Source of the DNA: a virus
DNA length: 64,000 nucleotides
IMG/VR virus record: IMGVR_UViG_3300021519_000916
Coordinates: 1 to 64,000 of that record
Direction: 5' to 3' (one strand)
The translations under genes and the position numbers were made by a program. Under the pieces are notes generated by a model. It was given only the letters and a program-made list of their open reading frames with translations, was not told where the DNA came from and searched no databases. Positions 20,101-28,994 of this stretch are shown one piece after another (position 1 is the first letter of the stretch; every line of letters begins with the position of its first letter).

Positions 20101-20765
20101 ATCAGTTACCAAAGAATAACGTTGGTGCTATTGTAGCAAATGTAAATTACGCTGTTAAAGTGGCGTTTGATGAAATTAACGGAAGGCCGGTTAGTTATAT
20201 CATTGCAAGTGGCGGATTTGACGGTCGTACTGATTTTACTTCAGGGCAGACACTAATTTTCACTAAACAAGAAAACTATACAGGAGCTACTGGACCATAC
20301 GACGGATGGGTAAACTACAGAGATTCGTTCTTTGGTGATACCATAAGTACTGAACTAATTGAAGGGTACGATCAAACTAGTTATGATACCTTTACATTAA
20401 TTCCGGGCTATTTAGAAAAAGCGCAAGGAACAGCATCCATTAATCAACGTGGCGGTGTTTGGCAAATTACCATTGTAAATGGCGTTGTATTTTTAGTTTT
20501 TATTCAGGAAGTTTATCTAAATCAACGTATACAAATAACTAGCGGTAAAAGTTATGCTAGTGCTGTGATGTATTATAACCCAATTACCCCGCCAGGGCAA
20601 TCAGTACCTTACTATACTGTGGCAAATAGTAGTGGAGTTGCTATAAGCAAACCAACTACGTTCAATGCTGGTACAACCAAGTTCTTCCAGGGCAAAGATC
20701 AATATTATGCTCCTGGTTCACAGGATAAATATCTGAAGTTCCCACAATACGGAGTTTTTAAATAA
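17127..20765 (+). CDS. large virion structural protein with putative Ig (He_PIG-like) repeats, probably baseplate
   Basis: Repeated GxLPxGxxLxxxGxIxG motifs; 1212 aa; located among tail genes. Confidence 0.7.
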   Translation: MKNPLIWITKTGTIANLLVGNPISVKVQALDTTNNAYTVTYQLLHGSLPPGMSLASDGTISGTPSMTGFDITSQYEFILRATSSNNNIVDGSFIITLTNIINGDFAWITPAGDLGMIPDGEYYSLQFQADSASGSHITYSFISGELPSGMQLLASGYLTGVPTFLNAVLVDQSKTYRFTVRATNALGQILDRSFSVSVTNVYGPTIRPTTGLSTNLGTVFDGVYFTQQLSVQDLNPNVSIQWSVVEGALPNGVALSSKGLIFGYIEPLELIGAYGPAGFDGQSKIPVGTTAILANSTISGSTLSVGTVTSGVIQLGMYLTGGNIISGTTVVSSITTWQRGAAYNVGDLVLYNNSYYRALFNVAPNNDFNLAQWVSTTGNVNMWRIQTPGQVPQHIYDTTITATVLDAIQQQEYDLGPYDFNQLSQNLTYGFTIQAFDGANYDTQQYVLEVVSRGGWTADSTASVNDTHLTADSENAYIPVLRDTITTLPAGRSGSHYAYKFDGYDFQGDDVSYAIANTVGTWDAEEWDLAWDTETMNNQIDIIRTVYGNAGAWDYFDATAVGTTNLPGLNLDADNGWLYGNISPQTESVKNFQFGVVVSKTVGNVVYSSTPVFFTLPVLGDVNNVVEWISPDYLGSIDNGSVSELSVVARSMVGKELVYSMNDTLGVAVGLPQGLSLLPSGDISGRVSFEVFSLDMQDTTFDNALLTIDRTFKFTVKAETFDGSSSMLKTFTLRLNVINVEPYNNLYLHALPATDQRAIYKSIITNEDIFDPNLIYRPTDPWFGVQPDIKMLFLSGLTAESLSEYQSAMARNHWTKTYNFSDVKTAVVLDEFYKVKYEVVYIQITDPAENENNHGAPAVLNLASQLSNPYIDEAGISHTVLYPNSSENMAAQLIDGIGYYDQSSLPPWMTSNQPEVTSVSQFRAPLGYTKAVVLAYTIPGASKLIAYRLRKEGITFNNINFTVDRYSLDNYYSTNFNLVNRKFIPSAEVTFDQLPKNNVGAIVANVNYAVKVAFDEINGRPVSYIIASGGFDGRTDFTSGQTLIFTKQENYTGATGPYDGWVNYRDSFFGDTISTELIEGYDQTSYDTFTLIPGYLEKAQGTASINQRGGVWQITIVNGVVFLVFIQEVYLNQRIQITSGKSYASAVMYYNPITPPGQSVPYYTVANSSGVAISKPTTFNAGTTKFFQGKDQYYAPGSQDKYLKFPQYGVFK

Positions 20766-21316
20766 TGGCATCAAACATCAACACAGTTAACATAGATATC
20801 AACTTTCCCGTTGCAGGGCAGGATAACGATACTCAGACATTTCGCGACAACTTTAGTGCTATTAGAAATAATTTTTCGGCGGCAGCATCGGAAATTACAG
20901 CAATTCAGACTATTTTAGAAGTATCACCAACAATCCAAAGTGTTCCGGTTAGTGCTAGTGCGTCTGGCACTCCGGGACAAATTGCATACGGACGCTCGTA
21001 TTACACGCCAACTGTTACAAATACATACGCCACTGGTAGTTTAATTAAAGTTGGGACAATCACTAACTTAGAACCCGGACAGGCTATTACGTTTAGTGCC
21101 AATTTGGGCGGGCTAGTAACCGGAACAACCTATTACATTAAAAATGTGTATAGTACTGGAAATATTACAGTAGCAAATGCAAGAGCTACAAGCGCCTCGG
21201 AAACAACCACTTTGTCAACAGCATCCGGAAGTATAATAGCCAATGCCAGTTCGTATTATATGTATGTTTGTATTAACACAAATAGCTGGCAACGTACACC
21301 TTTATCAGTATGGTAA
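20765..21316 (+). CDS. virion structural protein (tail/baseplate)
   Basis: N-terminal FPVAGQDN..QxFRDNF shared with next gene; late promoter at 20726. Confidence 0.65.
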   Translation: MASNINTVNIDINFPVAGQDNDTQTFRDNFSAIRNNFSAAASEITAIQTILEVSPTIQSVPVSASASGTPGQIAYGRSYYTPTVTNTYATGSLIKVGTITNLEPGQAITFSANLGGLVTGTTYYIKNVYSTGNITVANARATSASETTTLSTASGSIIANASSYYMYVCINTNSWQRTPLSVW

Positions 21317-21358
21317 TATTTTTATGATAAATACTTAATAAATTAGGATAGAACTTAA

Positions 21359-22858
21359 ATGGCATCAAATATTAACCCATACAACGTAGACGGCACTTTC
21401 CCCATTGCAGGGCAGGATAATCCTAGCCAAGGTTTTCGCGACAACTTTACAAATATTAAAAATAATTTGTTATATGCACAAAGCGAAATAACCGACTTAC
21501 AAGGAAAAGCAATTCTAACTGGTGCATTATCGGGCCAGACATTAAACAACGATATGGCTGGCACTACTATTACCCGCCCGCAATTAAAAGCATGGACACA
21601 GTCCATGCTTGATTTAGGTGCTATAAGTAGCAACGTTATACTTGACTTTAATCTTGGTAATTTTCAAAAGATTACCACAGCAGCTCCTGTTTCAATTGGG
21701 TTGCAAAATTGGCCAAGTTCAGTTGGAACTGGTGCATTAGGCTACGGCACATTGAGAATGTGGATTTCTGTTAGTGCTATTGAGCATACGTTAACTTTAC
21801 CATCAAATGTAACAATTGGTGTTGCTGACATAGCAGGTGCTTCGTCTGATGGTACACAATATACTATTGCTTTTGATTCTCCGGGCGATTACATATTTGA
21901 CTTCAGCTCAGCCGATGGTGGTAACAACTATTTAATTTTTGACGTTACTAGAAATCGTGCCACATTCCGAGATCCAGATTTTTATTATAATTCTGAAGTT
22001 AACTCTACACTATTAATTGGATTTGGTGTTGCTCGCCCACTTGCGCTTACATTAGAACGCGGCAACGACATGGTTAGCGCATTGGGTAGTTACAACTCAG
22101 TGACTATAGGTAATTTACAGTTGGCCAACGTGGCATACGCACAAACTGACAACGGAACATTGGGCGGTTTTTGTGTTAGCGCCGCACGTGGAAACATATA
22201 TACAACATCAACATTAACATCAAATTGTGCTGTACAATCAAATGATCCCCTTGGTGCATTTAATGCCTATGCGTTCACTGGTAATGGAGTATCAAACGTA
22301 TTCCAATTGTCAAGTAGTATTAGTATGTTTGCCACTGGTGGCAATGTACAATATGGCTTAGGTGGAAACATTGCAATATTTGTTGCGGCAAATGGTCGCC
22401 CAGTTGGCACCGCTGCTAATTATAATACTGTACAACAAGCAGTTGGTATTGAAAATGATAAGAGTGTTAAATTATATGGTAACGTTGAAGTCACCGGTGC
22501 ATTAAAACGTAGTGGTGGTATTATTGAAAATGGTACTTATGTTACTAACGTAAACACAAGTGGTGTTAATACTATTACTGCCAATGCCAATGTATCAACT
22601 ATGATTATTACCAGTACTGGTGATGCCACAGTTGCTCAAATCACAATGCGGTTACCAACAGCGCCGGAGCGTGGACAACGTATTAAGATCGTATCGTTAC
22701 CAGTCATTACCGCTGCAAACGTATGGAACGCAGAAGGATATTTTATTAGAGCAGGTGGAACAGCGGCATCATCAACATTGCTTTCTTCTTCCAAATTCAC
22801 TGGAAATACTGGTGTTACTTTAACCTATATGCCATCTTTGGGTTGGTTGCTAAGTTAA
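21359..22858 (+). CDS. tail fiber-like structural protein
   Basis: N-terminal FPIAGQDNPSQGFRDNF plus coiled coil, beta-rich body; late promoter at 21328. Confidence 0.65.
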   Translation: MASNINPYNVDGTFPIAGQDNPSQGFRDNFTNIKNNLLYAQSEITDLQGKAILTGALSGQTLNNDMAGTTITRPQLKAWTQSMLDLGAISSNVILDFNLGNFQKITTAAPVSIGLQNWPSSVGTGALGYGTLRMWISVSAIEHTLTLPSNVTIGVADIAGASSDGTQYTIAFDSPGDYIFDFSSADGGNNYLIFDVTRNRATFRDPDFYYNSEVNSTLLIGFGVARPLALTLERGNDMVSALGSYNSVTIGNLQLANVAYAQTDNGTLGGFCVSAARGNIYTTSTLTSNCAVQSNDPLGAFNAYAFTGNGVSNVFQLSSSISMFATGGNVQYGLGGNIAIFVAANGRPVGTAANYNTVQQAVGIENDKSVKLYGNVEVTGALKRSGGIIENGTYVTNVNTSGVNTITANANVSTMIITSTGDATVAQITMRLPTAPERGQRIKIVSLPVITAANVWNAEGYFIRAGGTAASSTLLSSSKFTGNTGVTLTYMPSLGWLLS

Positions 22859-22874
22859 ATATCCAAAAAAATAG

Positions 22875-22918
22875 TTGACTCCTAGCCCTTATTAGTATAC
22901 ACTAGTAAGACTAGGAGT
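22875..22918 (+). promoter_or_regulatory. sigma70 promoter inside a hairpin that also covers the mazG RBS
   Basis: TTGACT-N17-TACACT; ACTCCTAG(22878)/CTAGGAGT(22911) inverted repeat. Confidence 0.6.
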
Positions 22919-22926
22919 TTTCATTT

Positions 22927-23334
22927 ATGCAAATTGATTTAAACAAATATCAAGACTTTGTACTTGAAGTAACATCCGAAGCCAGCAACGACACCGAAAA
23001 ACTAATTGAAAGATTAGCAGATCTAAACACCAACACCACTATTAACCCAGCGTTGCTATTAACAGCGGCAATTGGATTAGCGGCGGAGGGTGGCGAGTTT
23101 GCAGAGCTTCCAAAGAAAATTGTATTCCAAGGCAAACAAGTTAATGAAGAAGTGCTATTTCACATGAAACGTGAATTAGGAGATATAATTTGGTATTGGG
23201 TTAACGCATGTCGCGCTTTGAACTTAAATCCTAACGAGGTCATCGCAGAAAACGTAAATAAACTAAAGGCCAGGTATCCCGGAGGGGAGTTTGACCCATA
23301 CTACAGCGAAAACCGAAAGGACGGCGATCTATAA
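22927..23334 (+). CDS. mazG: MazG-like nucleotide pyrophosphohydrolase
   Basis: GLAAEGGEFAE..KK, RELGDIIWY, NVNKLKARYP. Confidence 0.9.
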   Translation: MQIDLNKYQDFVLEVTSEASNDTEKLIERLADLNTNTTINPALLLTAAIGLAAEGGEFAELPKKIVFQGKQVNEEVLFHMKRELGDIIWYWVNACRALNLNPNEVIAENVNKLKARYPGGEFDPYYSENRKDGDL

Positions 23335-23573
23335 TGTTCCATCCACTATCTCCAGATTTAACTAAATTAACCGCCGAAGAGTTAACAAGTAAGTATGGGG
23401 AATTGCTCAAACGAGTAACTGTATCATATCGTATGGGCAATGCTGACATGGTTCATCAATTGCAACTGTTACTACAAGATTACCAAGCTGAGATGGATTT
23501 ACGCAATCGTAAAGCACTTGAAGAGATGGAAAAAAATTCTAAGAACTTTAAGAATATTATTGATATCCAATGA
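23334..23573 (+). CDS. hypothetical protein
   Basis: ORF; helical. Confidence 0.65.
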   Translation: MFHPLSPDLTKLTAEELTSKYGELLKRVTVSYRMGNADMVHQLQLLLQDYQAEMDLRNRKALEEMEKNSKNFKNIIDIQ

Positions 23574-24094
23574 ACTATAATAAATTTGGTCAGGCTTATA
23601 CTACAGAAGCCGAGCTATGTGATATTATCTATCAAAATCCAAACATAGATTTGTCACTGTTTATGGTCGACGACCCGGGCAAGTATAATCAGAGCAGGGA
23701 GACTACATTTAGTAATTTTCCTATCCTAAAAAGATACGTGGCTGTAGACTATAAAGATGATGTTCCGTTAGAATTGTTTGATTGGTCGCAACAAAACAAT
23801 TGGTATATGCCCGCCAATTATAAAGAATTGGATATAGCATCGTATGTGTTAGGATTATGTAAAACAGAAGAAGAATTACAACGAGTTGGTATGGAGTTAT
23901 TGTTATACCAAGAAAGAAATTTGTTTACCCTATTGCAATATTTAAAATATTTTGTTGACACCATGAGAGTCAACAATGTAGTATGGGGATTAGGTCGTGG
24001 ATCTAGTGTAGCAAGTTATGTATTATATCTATTGGGTGTACATCGTATTAACTCGTTGTATTACGATTTACCTGTAGAAGAATTTTTAAAATAA
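23570..24094 (+). CDS. DNA polymerase III alpha (DnaE)-like fragment
   Basis: RVxxEL...YLKYFVDTMR...WGLGRGSSVASYVLYLLGVH; only 174 aa. Confidence 0.75.
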   Translation: MNYNKFGQAYTTEAELCDIIYQNPNIDLSLFMVDDPGKYNQSRETTFSNFPILKRYVAVDYKDDVPLELFDWSQQNNWYMPANYKELDIASYVLGLCKTEEELQRVGMELLLYQERNLFTLLQYLKYFVDTMRVNNVVWGLGRGSSVASYVLYLLGVHRINSLYYDLPVEEFLK

Positions 24095-24106
24095 AGGAAT
24101 TACAAA

Positions 24107-24556
24107 ATGACAAGAGTTTATAAAACAGCAAAAGGCAAGTCTATTGATATTGATAGAGTTAAACTTTCAAACGAAAGTGCAAGAGCAGTTGGTAATATGA
24201 AGGTAAATGCCCGAGGTGATCAATTAGGAGCTCGAGGTGAAGTTGCTATGGGACGTAATCAAGTAATGGATCAGGTATATGCAACTCCAACAAGCCCAGC
24301 ATCATACAGCCCAAACGAACCTACTCAGTTTATTAAGCAACAAGAAGCGGCAAACAATAGTAAGGCAAAAGAATTGCATGATCTTGCGACTAGTTTGACT
24401 GCAACTACTCCGCTTGAACCAATTGTAGCAGAAACAACATCAGCACAACCTGCTCCTGCTCGCGGTAGTTTGGCAGGATCTGTTGCTAAACATGTTTCTG
24501 TGAATCAGCAACCATTGCCACTACCAAAAAAATCAAACGGACCCACGAGAATTTAA
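24107..24556 (+). CDS. conserved hypothetical protein
   Basis: YKTAKGK...AVGNMKVNARGD; AAGGA RBS. Confidence 0.7.
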   Translation: MTRVYKTAKGKSIDIDRVKLSNESARAVGNMKVNARGDQLGARGEVAMGRNQVMDQVYATPTSPASYSPNEPTQFIKQQEAANNSKAKELHDLATSLTATTPLEPIVAETTSAQPAPARGSLAGSVAKHVSVNQQPLPLPKKSNGPTRI

Positions 24557-24558
24557 TT

Positions 24559-24930
24559 ATGTTTAAGGCAATCAAGATAGAATCTATTAGAGCATTACGA
24601 GATCATGTACTTGTAACCGAAATGAATTTTGGTGCTCGCACTACTAGTTCAGGACTACATCTACTTGGCGATGATATGCGTACCGCCGGGATACGGCCGC
24701 GATGGGCACAAGTCTATGCTATTGGACCAGACCAACAAGATATAAAAGTTGGACAATGGATATTAGTGACACACGGACGATGGACACGCGGTGTTACTAT
24801 TGAAGATTCCGTCGGTAAGCAAACATTACGTCGAGTTGATCCAACCGATGTATTACTAGTTTCAAACCAAGTACCAGCCGATGATAGTTTAAGTGGCGCA
24901 ATTCTTAAAGACGCCGAAACACGCTGGTAG
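24559..24930 (+). CDS. groES: GroES/gp31-like co-chaperonin
   Basis: IRALRDHVLV...TTSSGLHL...VYAIGP...IKVGQWIL. Confidence 0.75.
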   Translation: MFKAIKIESIRALRDHVLVTEMNFGARTTSSGLHLLGDDMRTAGIRPRWAQVYAIGPDQQDIKVGQWILVTHGRWTRGVTIEDSVGKQTLRRVDPTDVLLVSNQVPADDSLSGAILKDAETRW

Positions 24931-24931
24931 T

Positions 24932-25153
24932 ATGGGATTTGCTAAACTCAATATTCAACCTGCATATTCTGCTATACGTAAATTTTTGGTAGAAATACAT
25001 AGCCCTTATAATAACGGTTTTACCACTTCGTATTGCAAAAAAGATTTATATCTGTTAAAATGTTGGTTAGAGGATGAATATAAAAAGTTGCCTACATACG
25101 CCGTGGAGGAGAAATGGGAACAGGACAGAATAATACAACTACTCAAACAGTAG
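24932..25153 (+). CDS. hypothetical protein
   Basis: ORF in operon. Confidence 0.55.
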   Translation: MGFAKLNIQPAYSAIRKFLVEIHSPYNNGFTTSYCKKDLYLLKCWLEDEYKKLPTYAVEEKWEQDRIIQLLKQ

Positions 25154-25320
25154 TAAGTAAAAAACCACCGAATTGTAGTGTTTGCCGTAAACCGATTAGC
25201 ATATCTTGTGATTGGAAGCAAGGGCGCTGTCCAAATTTACCAAGTTTAGCAGAACAGATTATAAACGATAGACACAAATCACGATTTTACAATTTATTCA
25301 AAATATTTAAAAGGAAGTAG
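25114..25320 (+). CDS. small Cys-containing hypothetical protein
   Basis: CxxC..C..C; ORF. Confidence 0.45.
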   Translation: MGTGQNNTTTQTVVSKKPPNCSVCRKPISISCDWKQGRCPNLPSLAEQIINDRHKSRFYNLFKIFKRK

Positions 25321-25321
25321 C

Positions 25322-26242
25322 ATGATAGAACTTTGGACGGAAAAATATAGACCTAAAACAGTTAATGAGTATGTATTTACCGACGCTAATCAACGCCAAC
25401 AAGTAACAGCATGGATTAAAGATAAATCAATTCCGCATCTGTTGTTTAGTGGTAGTGCCGGCACAGGCAAAACTACGTTGGCCAAGATTCTTATCAATGA
25501 ATTGGGTATTGAAGGATATGATGTCTTGCACATCAACGCTAGTAGGGATAACGGTGTTGATTTTATTAAAAGCAAAGTTGAAGGCTTTGTGCAAACAATG
25601 CCATTTGGTGATTTTAAAATAGTGCTAATGGACGAGGCCGATTACTTGTCCCAGAATGCACAAGCAATTTTGCGGGGGCTAATGGAAACGTATGCTAGCC
25701 AGGCAAGGTTTATTTTAACTTGTAACTATCCACACAAAATTATGCCTGCGTTACATAGTCGTACACAGGGATTCCATATTGATAAAACAGATCATACAGA
25801 ATTCACCGCCCGTGTTGCTACAATCCTAGTAACCGAAGGAATAGAATTTGAGTTGGATACCCTGGACAGTTATGTTAAAGCGACATATCCTGATTTGCGT
25901 AAATGTTTGAACTTGGTGCAACCAAATAGTTCTACAGGTGTATTGACTACACCAGGTGATAGTGATACAAGTGCAAAAGACTGGAGACTAGATGCCGTTG
26001 AATTATTTAAGCAAGGTAAAATTAGACCAGCGAGAGAATTAATATGTAGTCAAGCATCAACTGAAGATATAAACGACGTCTTTCGTTGGATGTATGATAA
26101 CTTGAGTATTTGGAGCGATACACCCGAAGGACAAGACAAGGCCATTATTACTATTAGAAAAGGGTTGGCCACCCATGCAGTTGTAGCAGATGCTGAAATA
26201 AATTTAAGCGCCACATTAGTTGAACTTACACTTATTGGATAA
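25322..26242 (+). CDS. clamp loader ATPase subunit (gp44/RFC-like)
   Basis: WTEKYRP, GSAGTGKT, DEAD, ALHSR. Confidence 0.93.
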   Translation: MIELWTEKYRPKTVNEYVFTDANQRQQVTAWIKDKSIPHLLFSGSAGTGKTTLAKILINELGIEGYDVLHINASRDNGVDFIKSKVEGFVQTMPFGDFKIVLMDEADYLSQNAQAILRGLMETYASQARFILTCNYPHKIMPALHSRTQGFHIDKTDHTEFTARVATILVTEGIEFELDTLDSYVKATYPDLRKCLNLVQPNSSTGVLTTPGDSDTSAKDWRLDAVELFKQGKIRPARELICSQASTEDINDVFRWMYDNLSIWSDTPEGQDKAIITIRKGLATHAVVADAEINLSATLVELTLIG

Positions 26243-26244
26243 CC

Positions 26245-26655
26245 ATGAAAATTAAAGATTTACATTTACTTGCATTTTACGTACAGAAGCCACGCCATGG
26301 TGTTCAAACACAAATTAAAGGGTGGATGAAAGATCCCAATAATTATCAGTACGACGAACGCATTGAGTTTACCAAAGGGTTACAAAGTAAAGACCAACAA
26401 TACGCCGGTGTTATCCTAAACCTTAGTAAAAAAACAGTTGTATCAAATCGATATAACACTGAACACAAAGACTTTGATGCATTGTTCAAGTATTTTTTAA
26501 ATGCGTATCCTAAGTATGTAATTAATGTTATGGCACAATTAGACATGGCTTACCTTGAACAATTTATTCCCAAGGAAAAGCCAGTACATGAAACCGGAAC
26601 AGATAATCCAATTGACTTACCCAAGATAGAAGATGAAGCGGTACAAGTTAAGTGA
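26245..26655 (+). CDS. hypothetical protein
   Basis: ORF following clamp loader. Confidence 0.65.
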   Translation: MKIKDLHLLAFYVQKPRHGVQTQIKGWMKDPNNYQYDERIEFTKGLQSKDQQYAGVILNLSKKTVVSNRYNTEHKDFDALFKYFLNAYPKYVINVMAQLDMAYLEQFIPKEKPVHETGTDNPIDLPKIEDEAVQVK

Positions 26656-26959
26656 ATCCGGTGACCGCGGTTGGTTTGTAGGTGCGTTTGATCGTGCCGT
26701 TTGGAAAACCAACCTGTTTGAAGTTGCATACATGTTTAACCCAAAAGGTGACATGAGCCAATCTCATGTTCATAAAATTGCCAAGGAACTTAGTTTAATT
26801 GTAAAAGGCCATGTTATTGTCAACGGGGAAGAGTTTGTTGAGGGCGATATATTTGAAATATTACCCAACGAAGTTATTAGCGACTGTCAATACCTAGAAG
26901 ATACCATTACCGTTTGTGTCAAGATGCCAAGCGTTCCTGCTGATAAATATTACGTATGA
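26633..26959 (+). CDS. cupin-fold protein
   Basis: RGWFVG, HVHK..E...IVKG...GDIF. Confidence 0.7.
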   Translation: MKRYKLSESGDRGWFVGAFDRAVWKTNLFEVAYMFNPKGDMSQSHVHKIAKELSLIVKGHVIVNGEEFVEGDIFEILPNEVISDCQYLEDTITVCVKMPSVPADKYYV

Positions 26960-27198
26960 ACAATCTTTCCATGTACAAGGTTAAAAAGAAAAGGGCCGTT
27001 GATCCCAACGCACCACCACGCCCTAACTTGCTTAGCCATGAAAAAGTGCTAAAAGGTAACAAAGAGCAAATGGATCAACATCATCAAACGATCATAGCCC
27101 TACAGTCCAGAGTAGAGCGATTAGAGGCTAAATTGGCCAATCAAAGTGCGTATTTAAGCCAATTACACCAAACTTTAGCCCGTAAAACTAGCGGTTGA
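26956..27198 (+). CDS. hypothetical coiled-coil protein
   Basis: ORF, ATGA overlap. Confidence 0.6.
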   Translation: MNNLSMYKVKKKRAVDPNAPPRPNLLSHEKVLKGNKEQMDQHHQTIIALQSRVERLEAKLANQSAYLSQLHQTLARKTSG

Positions 27199-27223
27199 CC
27201 CATAAATCAGACTATGCTATAAT
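27195..27223 (+). promoter_or_regulatory. sigma70-like promoter
   Basis: TTGACC-N17-TATAAT with extended -10. Confidence 0.75.
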
Positions 27224-27255
27224 ACTTGTATTGTAATTAGATATAGGTGATTTAA

Positions 27256-27918
27256 ATGAGCAAGTATCAAAAAGTTTCCGTTGGAATTATTGATGCGTTG
27301 GCAGTGGCTGTGCATACCTATCGCAAGCAGGGCAACAAGGTTACTAAATTTGACTACGATACTCAGGCCCCGGGCAATAAAGAAATAATCTACGATTATT
27401 TTACCGCAGGCGCCGGCAACATACAACAAGACCCCAAACTGGTTGAAATAGCACTTGCAATACGATCTGCTATTGGTCAACGGATTACTGTTAATATATT
27501 GACTGGTGTTAAAAATAATGATTTTCTTGTCACTGTTAATACCCTACTTGAACGAGATAAAATCACTAGCAAAGATTTTGGGTTGCTAGTGTGGGCACCA
27601 AAGTTATTTGATGATATGAGCAAAGCAGACACACTCAAAGAAGCGATGATCAGTGCCGGCACAGATAGTAAGCATATTGGTGCAATTGGTAAAAAGATTT
27701 CAATTACCTTTAATGAAATTACTACACGATATTTGTCAACATATAATTCGTATGTGCATTCCGGAAAAGATGACGAAGGTAATTTGATCAGCTTTTGGAA
27801 TAAAAATCAAATTCCCAATGGCAGTGAAATTACTGCCAAGGTCAAGAGTCATGCCAAGAACCCACGCATTGGTAATGCGTTGGTAACAAATTTAAACTAC
27901 GTTAAGGTTGCAAAATAA
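27256..27918 (+). CDS. hypothetical protein with probable C-terminal OB fold
   Basis: SKHIGAIGKK...ITAKVKSH...TNLNYVK. Confidence 0.6.
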   Translation: MSKYQKVSVGIIDALAVAVHTYRKQGNKVTKFDYDTQAPGNKEIIYDYFTAGAGNIQQDPKLVEIALAIRSAIGQRITVNILTGVKNNDFLVTVNTLLERDKITSKDFGLLVWAPKLFDDMSKADTLKEAMISAGTDSKHIGAIGKKISITFNEITTRYLSTYNSYVHSGKDDEGNLISFWNKNQIPNGSEITAKVKSHAKNPRIGNALVTNLNYVKVAK

Positions 27919-28214
27919 TGGACGGGATAAAATTTCACTGGATTGGATGGTGTCAGGAAGGTACGTCTGACAAAGTGTGGGGATTCTGCTCTACAGGTGG
28001 CACCAGCCAATGCTATGTGTTTTGGGGCAGACGTGGCAAGGCATTGAGCTTTAAAAAAACTACCATATGGGACGCCGACACCCTGAGTGAAAAGAAAGAA
28101 GATAGCGGATATCGATCGGTCACAGAAGCCCAATTACGCGAAGTGTGGACCACGTTTGATGATGACTTGCAATCACGTTTATGCTTTGCTATACTAGCTG
28201 ATAAGGTACGATAA
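27918..28214 (+). CDS. WGR-like domain protein
   Basis: SDKVWG...VFWGRRG...KKEDSGY. Confidence 0.6.
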   Translation: MDGIKFHWIGWCQEGTSDKVWGFCSTGGTSQCYVFWGRRGKALSFKKTTIWDADTLSEKKEDSGYRSVTEAQLREVWTTFDDDLQSRLCFAILADKVR

Positions 28215-28215
28215 A

Positions 28216-28428
28216 ATGAACGAATGGATTTTAATTGTTATGATGCTCTCCCCCGGTGGAGAATTTATGGACAAATATACAAAAGGTCCGTACACTAAAG
28301 TTGAATGTATTGCTAAACAAAAAGAATTACCAACTAACTCTGTAATTGGTGCTAAACTTAAAGGTATATGCGTAACAAAGGATCACTGGACTGGGAAGAA
28401 GACAATGACCAATGTAGCACTGGATTGA
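28216..28428 (+). CDS. hypothetical protein
   Basis: ORF with hydrophobic N-terminus. Confidence 0.55.
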   Translation: MNEWILIVMMLSPGGEFMDKYTKGPYTKVECIAKQKELPTNSVIGAKLKGICVTKDHWTGKKTMTNVALD

Positions 28429-28429
28429 T

Positions 28430-28885
28430 ATGAAAAAGATTTATTACGAAAAAATTGGACGAAAGTACGTACCTGTGTCAGAGTACGACAGTGAGTATCT
28501 GGCCAGTTTTTCCAAAGGTACACATCTTGTGATGTGCTATCCTGGAGGTCAAAGTCGTAGGTTCAATATTGATCCCAACCATGCAGCTATGATTGCCGCA
28601 GGGCGTGTGGCTGAGGATGCAATTTGTAAGGCCATTTATAAGGCCAGCGAATTCCGACCACCAAGTACTCCCGTCACAATAGGTCAGAAACGAGCCTGGG
28701 AAAAGTTAGCCAAAGAGTTTGGTGATGAGCTGTGCAGTTTGCGTGGTGTAAGTTTTTCTGACTGTGCCGATGCAGGGGTCAAGGCCATGATGGAGGAAGC
28801 GGAAAAACTTATGACACATGCTGCGGTGCGTGAAGCATATGATCACTTCGTGCTGATGTGCAAATTAACCCAAGATCATAAATAA
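28430..28885 (+). CDS. hypothetical protein
   Basis: ORF. Confidence 0.65.
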   Translation: MKKIYYEKIGRKYVPVSEYDSEYLASFSKGTHLVMCYPGGQSRRFNIDPNHAAMIAAGRVAEDAICKAIYKASEFRPPSTPVTIGQKRAWEKLAKEFGDELCSLRGVSFSDCADAGVKAMMEEAEKLMTHAAVREAYDHFVLMCKLTQDHK

Positions 28886-28994
28886 TTATACAAAGCAATT
28901 TTAACTATCAAGGGCCCTCCTTGATAAATAACTATGTAATTTAATGCTTAAATTACTATTCTTAATAATTTATTATCCCATTCAGGAGATTCAT

